Shown here piece after piece: positions 16,498-26,015 of a stretch of 30,470 nt of DNA (position 1 is its first letter; each line of letters starts with the position of its first letter). Origin of the DNA: a virus. Its lineage: Duplodnaviria > Caudoviricetes. The stretch is taken from positions 1 to 30,470 of the IMG/VR virus record IMGVR_UViG_3300025396_000053, one strand, 5' to 3'. The position numbers and the translations under genes were made by a program. Below the pieces are notes generated by a model. That model ran no database searches. It was not told the origin of the DNA and worked only from the letters and a program-made list of their open reading frames with translations.

Positions 16498-16881
16498 ATG
16501 CCATATAAAGATCCTGCTGTTAGAAAACAAAAGCATAAAGAGTACTCTTCTAAGTACTATGAAGCTAATAAAGAAGCTTCTAAAAAACGTATTTCTGACA
16601 GAAAAAAAGAACGTAAAAAAGAATGGCAAGAATTTAAAAGTACATTAAGTTGTGCGCATTGTGGTGAAAACCATCCAGCTACGTTTGACTTCCATCATGT
16701 TGAACGACACCCAGATAATAAAAAGGTAAGCAAACTATTACAAGGGCATAATTACGGGGCTGCTAGAAAAGAACTTAAAAAATGTATTGTGTTATGTGCA
16801 AACTGCCACAGAAAAGTACATTATGCGGAAGAAAAAGCTGCTAAAGCTCTAAGGGATCAAACCCCAACTCCAAAGCTATAA
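16498..16881 (+). CDS. HNH endonuclease, opposite strand to the structural operon
   Basis: MPYKDP start; CAHCG, FDFHH, KCIVLCANCHRKVH. Confidence 0.85.
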   Translation: MPYKDPAVRKQKHKEYSSKYYEANKEASKKRISDRKKERKKEWQEFKSTLSCAHCGENHPATFDFHHVERHPDNKKVSKLLQGHNYGAARKELKKCIVLCANCHRKVHYAEEKAAKALRDQTPTPKL

Positions 16882-17185
16882 CCGTAGCTTTATATCTAAA
16901 ATATGAGTCGTGCGCTGCGTATTTACTAGTCTTACCTCTAGTCATGTGTATAATTTCATGCGCTAGCGTTTTTATCAGTGTGTCCAAATGTCCACATTTA
17001 GCTTTGCTAATAGTTATCTCATGCATTTCTGTTTCATCGTTAAAAAGATACGTGCCAAGCGCATCTTCATCAGTAGTTACAGAAAAATTAATTTCTTCCG
17101 GGCATGGTAATTTCCACCCACTAAAAGGTTTAATGTTACACAACATTATGTAAACCGATTCAAGAACTTTAGGTGTAATTTGCAT
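16841..17185 (-). CDS. SprT-like zinc metalloprotease-fold protein
   Basis: TLAHEIIH (HExxH) plus downstream H (AAHDSYF); start at MQITPK preferred, 17218 possible. Confidence 0.72.
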   Translation of the reverse strand: MQITPKVLESVYIMLCNIKPFSGWKLPCPEEINFSVTTDEDALGTYLFNDETEMHEITISKAKCGHLDTLIKTLAHEIIHMTRGKTSKYAAHDSYFRYKATVIALELGFDPLEL

Positions 17186-17250
17186 GATAAATATATCATA
17201 CCGCAGAGATTGTGACATTGCATGCTATTTTTAAATGCTTGATTTATAAA

Positions 17251-17277
17251 GAAAAAACCCCGCCTTGTGAGCGGGGT
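17251..17277 (-). terminator. Intrinsic terminator after major capsid gene
   Basis: ACCCCGC-UCACAAG-GCGGGGU followed by a U-tract. Confidence 0.85.
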
Positions 17278-17298
17278 CTGTACAACAGTGGGTAAAAC

Positions 17299-18222
17299 TT
17301 AGAATGAACCTGAAGATCCCCATGCGCCCAATGGATCTGACCATCCGAATGAATAACGCTCACGTGCTTTGTAACGTACGTTACCAGTGTCGAAGTCGCC
17401 GTCCATAGATGTAGCCATAGGCATACGCTCAAAGTGCTTGAGACCGTTTGGAACATCAGTTAACAAGAACCATGCATTAACGTCTGTCAAGAAGTGGTTA
17501 ACAGCGTAACCTTCAGGAACAGAACCGTTATTTACGATTGCGCTGATGTCGTTGTTGTTAGTACCAACACGGAGGTTAGTCTCTAATAAACGAGTAGCAA
17601 CGAATTGTAATGCAGGTGGAATGATTAACTTACGTGGCTTAGCAGCGATCAATAGACCACGCTCATCTGTCCACGCAGCAATTTGAATAACAGCATTTTC
17701 CAATGAAGTTTCGTTCAAATCAACTGGTGTAGTTGGAGCGTTAGAGTTTGTACCGCCGTTAACAGTTGGGTGTGCTGTACTGAATAAAGGTACACCGTCA
17801 CCGCCGTTATACTGGTTGTTAGAACCAGAGATAAAGCCGTTATTTAAAACAGAAGCCGCTTTAACTTGCTTGGTATAAGCCATAGCACGAGCAAGAGCTT
17901 TAGTATAACGAGCAGACAAAGAGTCATACAAGTTATCTTCAATCGCTTCTTCAGTGATTGAGAAACCTAAAGCAATAGTTTCGTGTGAGTAGCGAGCTGT
18001 AAAAGCTTCTTGCGCATTGTCATAAGCAATTTGTGCGCCTTCAGATTTTACTGGAGCAGCGGAGAAACCAGAAAGTTTGGTTTCTTCTTCGAATGAACGC
18101 TCAGATTTCTCTGTTTCGTACAATTCTTTATGCTCTTCGCCATAGCGTTTATACTCAAGACCAAACAAGGCATTGAGACCGGGGAGTAGCTCTTTTAGGA
18201 GCTGTGAACGTGAAATAGCCAT
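17299..18222 (-). CDS. Major capsid protein (Mu gpT-like, HK97 fold)
   Basis: MAISRSQLLKELLPGLNALFG, SERSFEEE, DGVPLFSTAHP, DFDTGNVRYKARERYSFGWSD; AAGGAG SD and downstream terminator. Confidence 0.92.
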   Translation of the reverse strand: MAISRSQLLKELLPGLNALFGLEYKRYGEEHKELYETEKSERSFEEETKLSGFSAAPVKSEGAQIAYDNAQEAFTARYSHETIALGFSITEEAIEDNLYDSLSARYTKALARAMAYTKQVKAASVLNNGFISGSNNQYNGGDGVPLFSTAHPTVNGGTNSNAPTTPVDLNETSLENAVIQIAAWTDERGLLIAAKPRKLIIPPALQFVATRLLETNLRVGTNNNDISAIVNNGSVPEGYAVNHFLTDVNAWFLLTDVPNGLKHFERMPMATSMDGDFDTGNVRYKARERYSFGWSDPLGAWGSSGSF

Positions 18223-18237
18223 TTGTTAGCTCCTTAA

Positions 18238-18864
18238 TTAACTAGCAGTTGAGTTGTAATAGGCGTGAACACCGAAGTTCAGTTTAACGATACAGTCAGT
18301 GTAAGCGTCGCCCGGATTAGATGGGAAGTTACCACCAAATGTTGAAGACTCATTTACTAAGTCAACGATACGAACTGCATATGTAGCGTTGCTGTTAGAG
18401 ATTGAGCTTTGTAACAATTGGATAGTAGAGTTACCATAAGTAGCATTACCACCAAAGTTAGTCAACTGTGCATTAGAACCAATGTTAGCAGCAGTAACAG
18501 AACCTGAAGCTTGAACTTGGAATAAAGCATCTGGATCATCCATAACACGAATAAAGATATTTGTGTAGCCAGAAGTTACAGCGTTAGCTGGTAAATACTG
18601 AGCATATAAAGGATAACCAAGCTGTTGACCAGCTAATTGATAACGAACACCTACGCAAACACCAATAGTACCAGCTGTGGTAGTTGTTGGGGTTGTTGTA
18701 ACTGAACTAGGAACACCAGCAGCGATCTTTATCAAATCGCCAGAATACATTGCGGCAGAGTTGTTTGTTGTCAGTGCAATCTCACGAATAACACCTCCAT
18801 TAAACGCCTGCCCACCGATCAAATTGATCGGCTTTAATCCATAAGGATTGGACGTAGTAGCCAT
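18238..18864 (-). CDS. Capsid decoration/cement protein (putative)
   Basis: PYGLKPIN and V.DDPDALFQVQ motifs; immediately upstream of MCP. Confidence 0.7.
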   Translation of the reverse strand: MATTSNPYGLKPINLIGGQAFNGGVIREIALTTNNSAAMYSGDLIKIAAGVPSSVTTTPTTTTAGTIGVCVGVRYQLAGQQLGYPLYAQYLPANAVTSGYTNIFIRVMDDPDALFQVQASGSVTAANIGSNAQLTNFGGNATYGNSTIQLLQSSISNSNATYAVRIVDLVNESSTFGGNFPSNPGDAYTDCIVKLNFGVHAYYNSTAS

Positions 18865-18883
18865 TTAATTTCTCCAAAAAAGT

Positions 18884-19336
18884 TTATTTAGAACCATTAC
18901 CAAAACCGCGTCCTCTAGTTACTGTAGATTTGTTGTCAGTAAATAAAGGCATACGGGCATCATTGTTACGCATAAAGTGATTGTCCACTGAAGCCATTTG
19001 GTTTTCGGCAACTTGAGCGTAGTGTTCTCTGCGTGCTTCCACCATTTCTTCTGGTGCTTTACAAAGAATCAATCCACCGATTTCGACGTTTCCGTCTTTA
19101 TTGCCAGCAACCTGTAACTCAGGGTGATCAACTGCTTTTACGGGTACCCAGCCTTCACGGAATTTTTGTGACATGTTAGTGTGATTTGACTCACCTCCAA
19201 CTTCAGCCGCAAGATAACGGAATTTAAATCCCGGTTCCGGTGTAGGGTCAGGTAACGCGCTAGGCGGTTTATATACATAACGTGTAGGATTGTTTTCACG
19301 AGTTTCCTGATCTCGTTGAGTGCGATTATTAGCCAT
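18884..19336 (-). CDS. Conserved head-module protein
   Basis: FREGWVPV..DHPE and IGGLILCK motifs; between scaffold and decoration genes. Confidence 0.78.
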   Translation of the reverse strand: MANNRTQRDQETRENNPTRYVYKPPSALPDPTPEPGFKFRYLAAEVGGESNHTNMSQKFREGWVPVKAVDHPELQVAGNKDGNVEIGGLILCKAPEEMVEARREHYAQVAENQMASVDNHFMRNNDARMPLFTDNKSTVTRGRGFGNGSK

Positions 19337-20294
19337 TGTTGTTCTCCAATTTTAAAGCGTGATTAGCGTATTCTTCATATGAAAGTCCAAATTTATCTGC
19401 TATGCGTTTAGCTGTTGCAGAAAGTTTGACCTGTTTTTTTGCTCCCGTAGAACGGGTAGCAGATGCAACTACGGTTGCAGGCTTTTTAGTTGGCTCAACA
19501 CGGGCTGGTTCGTCTTCACTCTTAAATACTTCAGGGAAAACTTGCTTTATGCGAGAGTCTACTCTCTCGAAATATTCTGCGGTGCGCGGGTCATAACCCG
19601 TAGCTACTAGTTTTTGGTGCAGCCCTAGTGCAAAAGCCGTCATTTCTTCGTACCCCGGTGCCCCGAACCACTGGTTTTTTGCTTGCCAGCGCAAGGTTCT
19701 TTCGTCGAGTCTCGGTGTTTCTGGTACTTGTGCCTCTATTTTTACATTATTTAAATCACTTTGTAAAGGGGTTGGACGAAAATTTTTTGCTGCTTCTAAT
19801 CTTAATTTTGCTTCCGTCAATTTTTCTTGTGCTTCAAGCATGACATCAGCATCGTAAGAATCAGCCGCAGCCTTATAATTACGTCTTGCCATTTCTAGTT
19901 CTGCTTCTGCTTTCTCTTTTAAAGTCTCAGCATAAGAAGCTTCACCAGTTTGAACGTATTGCTTTAATTTACGATTTTCTTCTAACGCAGAATGAGCTAA
20001 TCTTTCTAACTCAGCTTTTTCTCTAGCTAGCGCTTCCTTAGCACGACGTTCATCATGTCTTGCATGTGTAAGTTCTTTAATCCTTGCTTGAACAGATTTA
20101 CTATACTGCTCAATCTCTTCATCTGTTGGATCTTCTACTTCACGGTTTAAAGGCTGCGCGCGTCTATCGCGTTCAGGTGTATCGTCTTCAATGACAATGT
20201 CTATGTCCGTCTCAGCATCGACATTAACATCGACTTCGTTTTTTGGATTTTCATCCAAACCCATTTCATCTGGGAATTTGTAATCATCACTCAT
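19329..20294 (-). CDS. Putative scaffolding protein
   Basis: Acidic N-terminus, long coiled coil, NQWFG, C-terminal IADKFGLSYEEYA; position before capsid genes. Confidence 0.72.
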   Translation of the reverse strand: MSDDYKFPDEMGLDENPKNEVDVNVDAETDIDIVIEDDTPERDRRAQPLNREVEDPTDEEIEQYSKSVQARIKELTHARHDERRAKEALAREKAELERLAHSALEENRKLKQYVQTGEASYAETLKEKAEAELEMARRNYKAAADSYDADVMLEAQEKLTEAKLRLEAAKNFRPTPLQSDLNNVKIEAQVPETPRLDERTLRWQAKNQWFGAPGYEEMTAFALGLHQKLVATGYDPRTAEYFERVDSRIKQVFPEVFKSEDEPARVEPTKKPATVVASATRSTGAKKQVKLSATAKRIADKFGLSYEEYANHALKLENNNG

Positions 20295-20303
20295 TTATAT
20301 CTC

Positions 20304-20768
20304 CTACTTAAAAGCACCGAAATAACGCTCGGTGTGTACGTTTGATTTACTTTGATTCCACAAAGCAGGTACTACCTGAAGATTACTAAATACACAAGTG
20401 CCTCCTTTTGAAACAGGCACTATATGATCGACATGCCAACAACCGCCAACAATTTTATTTCGTAGACGCGTTAAAGAAACCGCCTCATTCAACACAAACT
20501 TATCTATTTCAGATAAGTTTTTTTCAAAACTGCGTCTAACTATTTGGTATCGTAAGCGTGCTTGTTTTCTAGCTTCAGAAAGAGGTTTAGTAGCTCTAAG
20601 TGTTTCTATTTTAGATCTACCGCCGGAAGCAACATACGCTTTATCTTCTTTGCGTTTTTGCGCTTTGCCTTTCTCTGTTGCATAATAGCGTTTTTTAGCC
20701 GCTTTAACCTTTTCAGGATTGGCTTTTTGCCAAGCACGTATTTGAGTTATCCGTTTTTCACTAAGCAC
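20304..20768 (-). CDS. HNH homing endonuclease
   Basis: WQKANPEKV repeat-like N-terminus; WHVDHIVPVSKGG..SNLQ...N.SKSN. Confidence 0.85.
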   Translation of the reverse strand: MLSEKRITQIRAWQKANPEKVKAAKKRYYATEKGKAQKRKEDKAYVASGGRSKIETLRATKPLSEARKQARLRYQIVRRSFEKNLSEIDKFVLNEAVSLTRLRNKIVGGCWHVDHIVPVSKGGTCVFSNLQVVPALWNQSKSNVHTERYFGAFK

Positions 20769-21198
20769 GGCGTATACCTCTAGGGTCCTCTACTACACCT
20801 TCAACCTGATCATCATAGATAATCCGGAACTCTTTGCCATGGATTTTCATCCTTGTCCCTGTGTATGGTCTGGTAATAACAAAATCACCTTCTCTACACC
20901 ACGGTCCTGACGGAAACTTCTCTGCATCTTTATATGCGTCGGGTCCAAGTTTGATAACAAACAAAACAGGAGAAGTTAATTCCTCAACCATCTTCGTTTC
21001 ATCTGCTTTAATAAGACCATTTTCAAACGTATCACCGGCTTCAACTAAAGCGCAAAGAATCTTAAACCCACTTGGAGTAGGCATTGATTTGGCTTTTTGT
21101 TCCGCTTTTTCATACTCTTCATCTACTACAGGTGCTGCTGGTACTACGCCCGGAGGTAGAATTAACCCCTGTTCCGGTAATGCGATGGTGTCACTCAT
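20761..21198 (-). CDS. groES: Phage co-chaperonin GroES (Cpn10)-like
   Basis: P.GFKIL, GLI, VIKLGPDAY, PWCREGDFV, YTGTR.KIHGKEFRIIYDDQVEGVV; start at MSDTI overlaps upstream stop. Confidence 0.88.
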   Translation of the reverse strand: MSDTIALPEQGLILPPGVVPAAPVVDEEYEKAEQKAKSMPTPSGFKILCALVEAGDTFENGLIKADETKMVEELTSPVLFVIKLGPDAYKDAEKFPSGPWCREGDFVITRPYTGTRMKIHGKEFRIIYDDQVEGVVEDPRGIRRA

Positions 21199-21397
21199 CG
21201 TTGTCTTCTTCCATAAGTTGTGCGAGGTCAAGTAAATGGCGCTCTGCTAAGGCTAGACCTCGAATCACCCCACAGAGCTCTTTGTAAACTTCAAAGTTTG
21301 AGCACTGACCATTTGCCAAGTCGTCAGTGTAATTGTTCATATCCTCTCTTAATTTTTTTCTAAGAGCGTCAACAAAACTAAGTGCTTGTAAATCCAT
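21191..21397 (-). CDS. Small conserved protein between portal and GroES
   Basis: 68 aa, YKELCGVIRGL motif; TAATG coupling with portal. Confidence 0.8.
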   Translation of the reverse strand: MDLQALSFVDALRKKLREDMNNYTDDLANGQCSNFEVYKELCGVIRGLALAERHLLDLAQLMEEDNDE

Positions 21398-23823
21398 TAT
21401 TGATTTCCTTTATTTGTTTTCATTTGAGCTTTATGTTTGGCTACATCAACGCCAACTTTTAGTCCTTCTAACTGCGAAGATTGTTTATCTTTGCCTGCCT
21501 GCATACCAAGTCTAACTTGTTCGTTTCTGTTTTTATCCATAATCTCCATTTGTTTAAGGTGAATTTCATCTGCTTTAGCTGCAACATCCGCCATCATTTT
21601 TTTCTTCTTAATATCTAATTCTTGCTGTTTTATCTGTAATTCTTGTTGCTGAATCTGCAAGATCGGATCTTGTGCGTTCTGTTGGGCTTGTTGTTGAGCC
21701 ATATGCGCTTTACTTTCCTGCAACACTTGACCAGATGCTTGAGCCATGAGCCTACTAATTTGATTCTCAATCTCTGGTGGCAGAGTATCTTCAGGACTAG
21801 GTAAGGCAACACCCAATGCTTTTTCAATCTTCTGTCTGTATGCAAACCCTACGTGTTCTGCAATATGCGCCTGCATTGCCGCCATAATAGCCTGCGCTTG
21901 TGGGTTCTGCCCAATCATCTGTTGAACAAGAGGGTCAGTCATAGCTGCTTGGTGCACTGCAATATGAGACTCATGGTCTTGGAATATAAAGGCTTTTAGT
22001 GGTTCGCCTTTTAACGCCTTCATATTTTCTGTTACAGGATCTGTAGGTTTCTCATCTTCTGGTAACGGCACTAGCTTATCTGCGTGTTTTATTCCGAGGA
22101 CTTCAAGCATTTGCCTGTGTAACTGGGGAAGATTATATATTTGGGGGGCAGTTTGGGACAATTGTATAACTGCTTGGTATTGAACCACTCGCTGTGAAAG
22201 AGTGGCAGCATTAGGATCGGAAACAGGATGAATATCGACCCTATGATAATCAGATTGCTTAATATTGCGCCCACCCTCTTCAGGATCATAGTCATAGTCT
22301 TCCGGTGTGTAATCACGAATAATCTCCGCTAGTAATTGAAGTTCTTGTTTTAACGCGAAGTGTACACGAGCCTGCACCGCAGACATTACTTTAAGCGTTC
22401 TTTCCAAAATAGCTAGTGTAGATCCCACTGGCGCTTGGTTACTCATATCAGAAATCTTTAAGTCGCCTGTTGCAGCAAACCTACGTCCTTCTTCTACAAT
22501 TGTTCCTAACAAGTTATACAGCGTTGCAGATGGTTCTTTATATGGCAAAGGCAGAATATTATCCCGCATACTACCACTACCCAAGTCTACATCACGCCAT
22601 TCCCCCGGAGCAATCGGAGTATCGTCGCCTTTAATTCTTAAACCACGAGTTTTTAATCCGCCGGGTAAATTGGAAAGAGTACCAGCGTCAACAAGCTGGC
22701 GCATAATGCTGGTAGCACTTTTAGCAAAGCCTCCGACCAAATGGAACAAACCAAAACCATAAGCTCCATAGCCGGGGATGTACTGATAATGAACAAAATG
22801 ATGTCTTTTAAGTTTGAGCTCATCGTCTTCTTTCCAGTTTCTGCGAATAGATAATATATCATTTGTACCACGTAGCATTGTCACTACGTAAGGTAGCGCA
22901 ATACCGGTTTCCTCTCCGTCGTCAGTATCTTCGTATCCGGGAAGGTCAAGGTCCACGTGTATTTCATAAAGCTCGAATCTATCGTCATAAGACGCTGAGA
23001 AACCAGTTTCTTTATCTTTTTTGTCCTGAATATCAGTGTAAAATTTTTGAGGTTCTCCAAGTTCAATTTCCCTATAAAAACCAGCATGCATTAATTTTAT
23101 CAAATCATTCTTTGTTTTACGCATACGGTGGGTAATTCTATGGCAGACCGTAATATCACTTGTACCATATGGAATTAATATATCTTCCGCCGGTACAAAA
23201 ACGGAAACTTGTCTTTCTAAATTTGGATCGTAATACACTTTTTTAAACGCAGAACCTGCACTTGGCAAGTTCCACAACATCTTCTCGTGCTCTGATCTAT
23301 ATTCAGGCATTTTTTCTGTAAGCTGGTAGTTCATATCTTCTTCTACGCGTTGAGCAGCTGCTTTAATCTCAGGCGTTTCTTTACCAACAATACTTGTTCT
23401 TACAGGTCCACGGGCAGGGAATGTCTCCATAATAGCTTCAGACTGGAACCTAACAACCGCTTCTGTAATCATCGGATGGAACACACCGCAAGCACCATCC
23501 CACGGTTCTGTTCTTTCTTCAAACTTTAGACCAAGTAGGGTAATCCCTTCCTTGTACATTTTTTCCCAATCTTTGCGGGAGTCAATATCGTTCTTAATAT
23601 CTTCACTCAAATCCCCAGCTAAAGACTGTAGCTCACTTGGGTCCATCACCTCAGCTAAGTTTTGGTTAAAGTCATCTTCCCCATCTTTCTCTATGTCGAT
23701 CTCCATATCACCTGCTGATATATGTACCGCTTCTGGATCTTCAATCTCGATCTCAATATCTGGTTGATCTGCTAGGGCTTCTAGTCCTTGGGGTGCTTGG
23801 TATAACGATTTATCGACTGCCAT
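21397..23823 (-). CDS. Portal protein
   Basis: 808 aa directly after terL; SRKDWE, PWDGAC, GSAFKKVYYD, LVDAGTLSNLPGG; Q-rich coiled-coil C-terminal extension. Confidence 0.9.
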   Translation of the reverse strand: MAVDKSLYQAPQGLEALADQPDIEIEIEDPEAVHISAGDMEIDIEKDGEDDFNQNLAEVMDPSELQSLAGDLSEDIKNDIDSRKDWEKMYKEGITLLGLKFEERTEPWDGACGVFHPMITEAVVRFQSEAIMETFPARGPVRTSIVGKETPEIKAAAQRVEEDMNYQLTEKMPEYRSEHEKMLWNLPSAGSAFKKVYYDPNLERQVSVFVPAEDILIPYGTSDITVCHRITHRMRKTKNDLIKLMHAGFYREIELGEPQKFYTDIQDKKDKETGFSASYDDRFELYEIHVDLDLPGYEDTDDGEETGIALPYVVTMLRGTNDILSIRRNWKEDDELKLKRHHFVHYQYIPGYGAYGFGLFHLVGGFAKSATSIMRQLVDAGTLSNLPGGLKTRGLRIKGDDTPIAPGEWRDVDLGSGSMRDNILPLPYKEPSATLYNLLGTIVEEGRRFAATGDLKISDMSNQAPVGSTLAILERTLKVMSAVQARVHFALKQELQLLAEIIRDYTPEDYDYDPEEGGRNIKQSDYHRVDIHPVSDPNAATLSQRVVQYQAVIQLSQTAPQIYNLPQLHRQMLEVLGIKHADKLVPLPEDEKPTDPVTENMKALKGEPLKAFIFQDHESHIAVHQAAMTDPLVQQMIGQNPQAQAIMAAMQAHIAEHVGFAYRQKIEKALGVALPSPEDTLPPEIENQISRLMAQASGQVLQESKAHMAQQQAQQNAQDPILQIQQQELQIKQQELDIKKKKMMADVAAKADEIHLKQMEIMDKNRNEQVRLGMQAGKDKQSSQLEGLKVGVDVAKHKAQMKTNKGNQ

Positions 23824-23832
23824 AATTTATCC

Positions 23833-25350
23833 TTAATAATAAGCGGCTCTGCGCGCTCTAAAATACGAATCTTCTTTCTCATCTGAGTCCAAGCTAATGA
23901 ACCCGCCCTGTCTGTACCTAAGTAGTGCTTGTGATACCGTATCCACATAGTCATCATGCTCGCCTACGGGGAATGAAGCAACTTCTTCTACAACTTCACG
24001 TGCCCACCTAGTATCAGGTGCCCACACTTTACCGCTTGTAAATAAATCAGCAACGGCATTAAGTCTCACTATCTTATCATTACCACGCGACGGTGTAAAT
24101 TCCTGCACCGGTATACCCATTCTTCTTAATTCTTGAATCAACGGCGACCCCGCTGCCTTTTTCTCCACTATGAACGCATCAGGCTGCCACTCTTTGTAAT
24201 GTTTAAGTGCCATCTGTTTTAGTTCTGGAAACGCCATCCTATCTTTAAAAGCGTCAAGGAGAATAATATTAGGCTGGTTTTTGTCCTCATTGTTATACCA
24301 AACGCCCCAAGTTGTACATGCAGAATAGTCAGCTGTTGTTTTAGTTTCAAACGCCGTATCCCAAGACTGTATAACATACTCACATCTAGGTGGGTCGTCT
24401 GCTTCCCAAATATTCCAGTCCTTCCTACCAATTATTGCCGCAGAATCTGCGGTTGGATTCTGCATATACTGAGCGTTCCAATATCTTGGATCAATAGATG
24501 CCTTCGTATTCTTTAGCGCTTCAAGGGGCCACTGTTCGGGCCAAAGGCTTTTCTCATCTTCTGTATCTTCGTTAAGAATCGCAGGCAGTTCTACCAATTC
24601 CCACGGAATAGTATTAGGGTTTTTAATCTGGTAGTCCAGCAATCGTCCTGTCAAGTCAAGTAATGACCATCTAGTCATAATGACTATAATAGCTCCGCCG
24701 GGCATCAAACGCTGTAACGGACCAGTCTGAAACCAACTCCAAGCAGTATCGAACGCTAAACGAGAATTTGACTTAACGTCTTGCTCAGAATGTGGGTCAT
24801 CAATAACAAATAAATCAGCGCCACGACCGGCGAGAGCGCCGCCAACACCAGCGGCATAATATTGTCCACCTGCCCCAGTACTCCACTTGCCCGCAGCCTT
24901 CTGGTCATCCGCAACAACTGTGTCCGGAAATATTTCATGGTACTCCTCACTTTCTAATAAGTTTCTTACACGCCGTCCAAAGTCTTCTGACAAACCCGCT
25001 GTATGGGTTCCCATAATAATCTTCTTCTCAGGGTATTTACCTAGAAAGTATGCCGGAAATAAATACGAACTAAACTCAGATTTTCCCATCCTTGGTGCAA
25101 TATTAATAATAACGCGCTTTTTGCGCCCCTCAACAACATCTTGGAATATTTTAGCTAAGCGTCTGTGCTGTGGTCCAATCTTAAAGCCGGGGTATATTCT
25201 TTTAGCAAACTCTAGCATGTCATCTTTAGCTAGATCAATTTCACCACGACGTTCTTTTTCTTCTAAATCTTCTAGAAACTTAAGCTTTTCCGCTTTTGTC
25301 ATTAGTGGTAGCGCTTTTTGCGCTGCTTGTAGTTCTTCAGGACTTAGCAT
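23833..25350 (-). CDS. terL: Terminase large subunit
   Basis: Walker A APRMGKS, Walker B FVIDDP, MTRW coupling motif, nuclease QSWDTA and HDDYVD. Confidence 0.96.
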   Translation of the reverse strand: MLSPEELQAAQKALPLMTKAEKLKFLEDLEEKERRGEIDLAKDDMLEFAKRIYPGFKIGPQHRRLAKIFQDVVEGRKKRVIINIAPRMGKSEFSSYLFPAYFLGKYPEKKIIMGTHTAGLSEDFGRRVRNLLESEEYHEIFPDTVVADDQKAAGKWSTGAGGQYYAAGVGGALAGRGADLFVIDDPHSEQDVKSNSRLAFDTAWSWFQTGPLQRLMPGGAIIVIMTRWSLLDLTGRLLDYQIKNPNTIPWELVELPAILNEDTEDEKSLWPEQWPLEALKNTKASIDPRYWNAQYMQNPTADSAAIIGRKDWNIWEADDPPRCEYVIQSWDTAFETKTTADYSACTTWGVWYNNEDKNQPNIILLDAFKDRMAFPELKQMALKHYKEWQPDAFIVEKKAAGSPLIQELRRMGIPVQEFTPSRGNDKIVRLNAVADLFTSGKVWAPDTRWAREVVEEVASFPVGEHDDYVDTVSQALLRYRQGGFISLDSDEKEDSYFRARRAAYY

Positions 25351-25933
25351 CGCCGCCTTCTACCTGTTTAGATTCCACATCCACAACTTCTACTTTACCC
25401 ATAAACTTACCAAGCTTCTCCTTAATACGTTTCTCAAGCTCTTCATCGCTAACATCTTCAGTTTTAACCTGTACCCTGTCAGTAAATAGGGCGACTTCTG
25501 TAACCTTACCTAGCATTTCTAAAGCTTTTAAACGTATTCTAGCGTCTGGGTGGTCAGTTTCTTGCACAATTTTTGTTACAGCCATGCTTCTAAGCTCTTC
25601 TGCCTGCTCAATAAACTTCCACTGGTATGCGCTGACCATTGCTACCGTAGATCTAATCTCTTCTGGTACTTCTAACTTTAGAAGTTGTTCTTTGGCTTTA
25701 GGGTCGGCGTTAATTAATGCGGTGAATGCTTCAACAGCTTTGGCTTCTTGCGCTTTTGACACGATCATGTCGTCCTCTCCGGTAATATCGGCAAGCCAAT
25801 CCGTCGTTTTTATCTGAGCGTCAAGTGTTTGTGAGGGAGAAATTTTATTTAAAGAGGTAAAGTCTTGCCGTTCTGCCTCTGGGACAGGTAGAAAGTCTGC
25901 TTCATTTGCTTCTACTAAGTGACTCAATAACAA
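25337..25933 (-). CDS. terS: Terminase small subunit (putative)
   Basis: Directly upstream of and overlapping terL; RLKALEMLGK and SDEELEKRI; TTG start with GAGAGG SD. Confidence 0.75.
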   Translation of the reverse strand: MLLSHLVEANEADFLPVPEAERQDFTSLNKISPSQTLDAQIKTTDWLADITGEDDMIVSKAQEAKAVEAFTALINADPKAKEQLLKLEVPEEIRSTVAMVSAYQWKFIEQAEELRSMAVTKIVQETDHPDARIRLKALEMLGKVTEVALFTDRVQVKTEDVSDEELEKRIKEKLGKFMGKVEVVDVESKQVEGGDAKS

Positions 25934-25976
25934 GTTAACCTCTCTTTTTTGCGCGGTGGGTTCGCGTATGGTTTCG

Positions 25977-25985
25977 ATTGTAACA
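25977..25985 (-). promoter_or_regulatory. Extended -10 promoter for terS/late operon
   Basis: TGtTACAAT on minus strand, 44 bp upstream of terS start. Confidence 0.6.
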
Positions 25986-26000
25986 GTATTTTAATTTTTT

Positions 26001-26009
26001 TGTTATACT
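26001..26009 (+). promoter_or_regulatory. Extended -10 promoter for sRNA
   Basis: TGtTATACT, back-to-back with the terS promoter. Confidence 0.6.
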
Positions 26010-26015
26010 GGCGTT

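Noticed and set aside
24887-25817. Long + strand ORFs (200 and 173 aa) and other antisense ORFs in the track
   Set aside because: Shadows of terL, terS, portal and other genes; no RBS or recognisable motifs.
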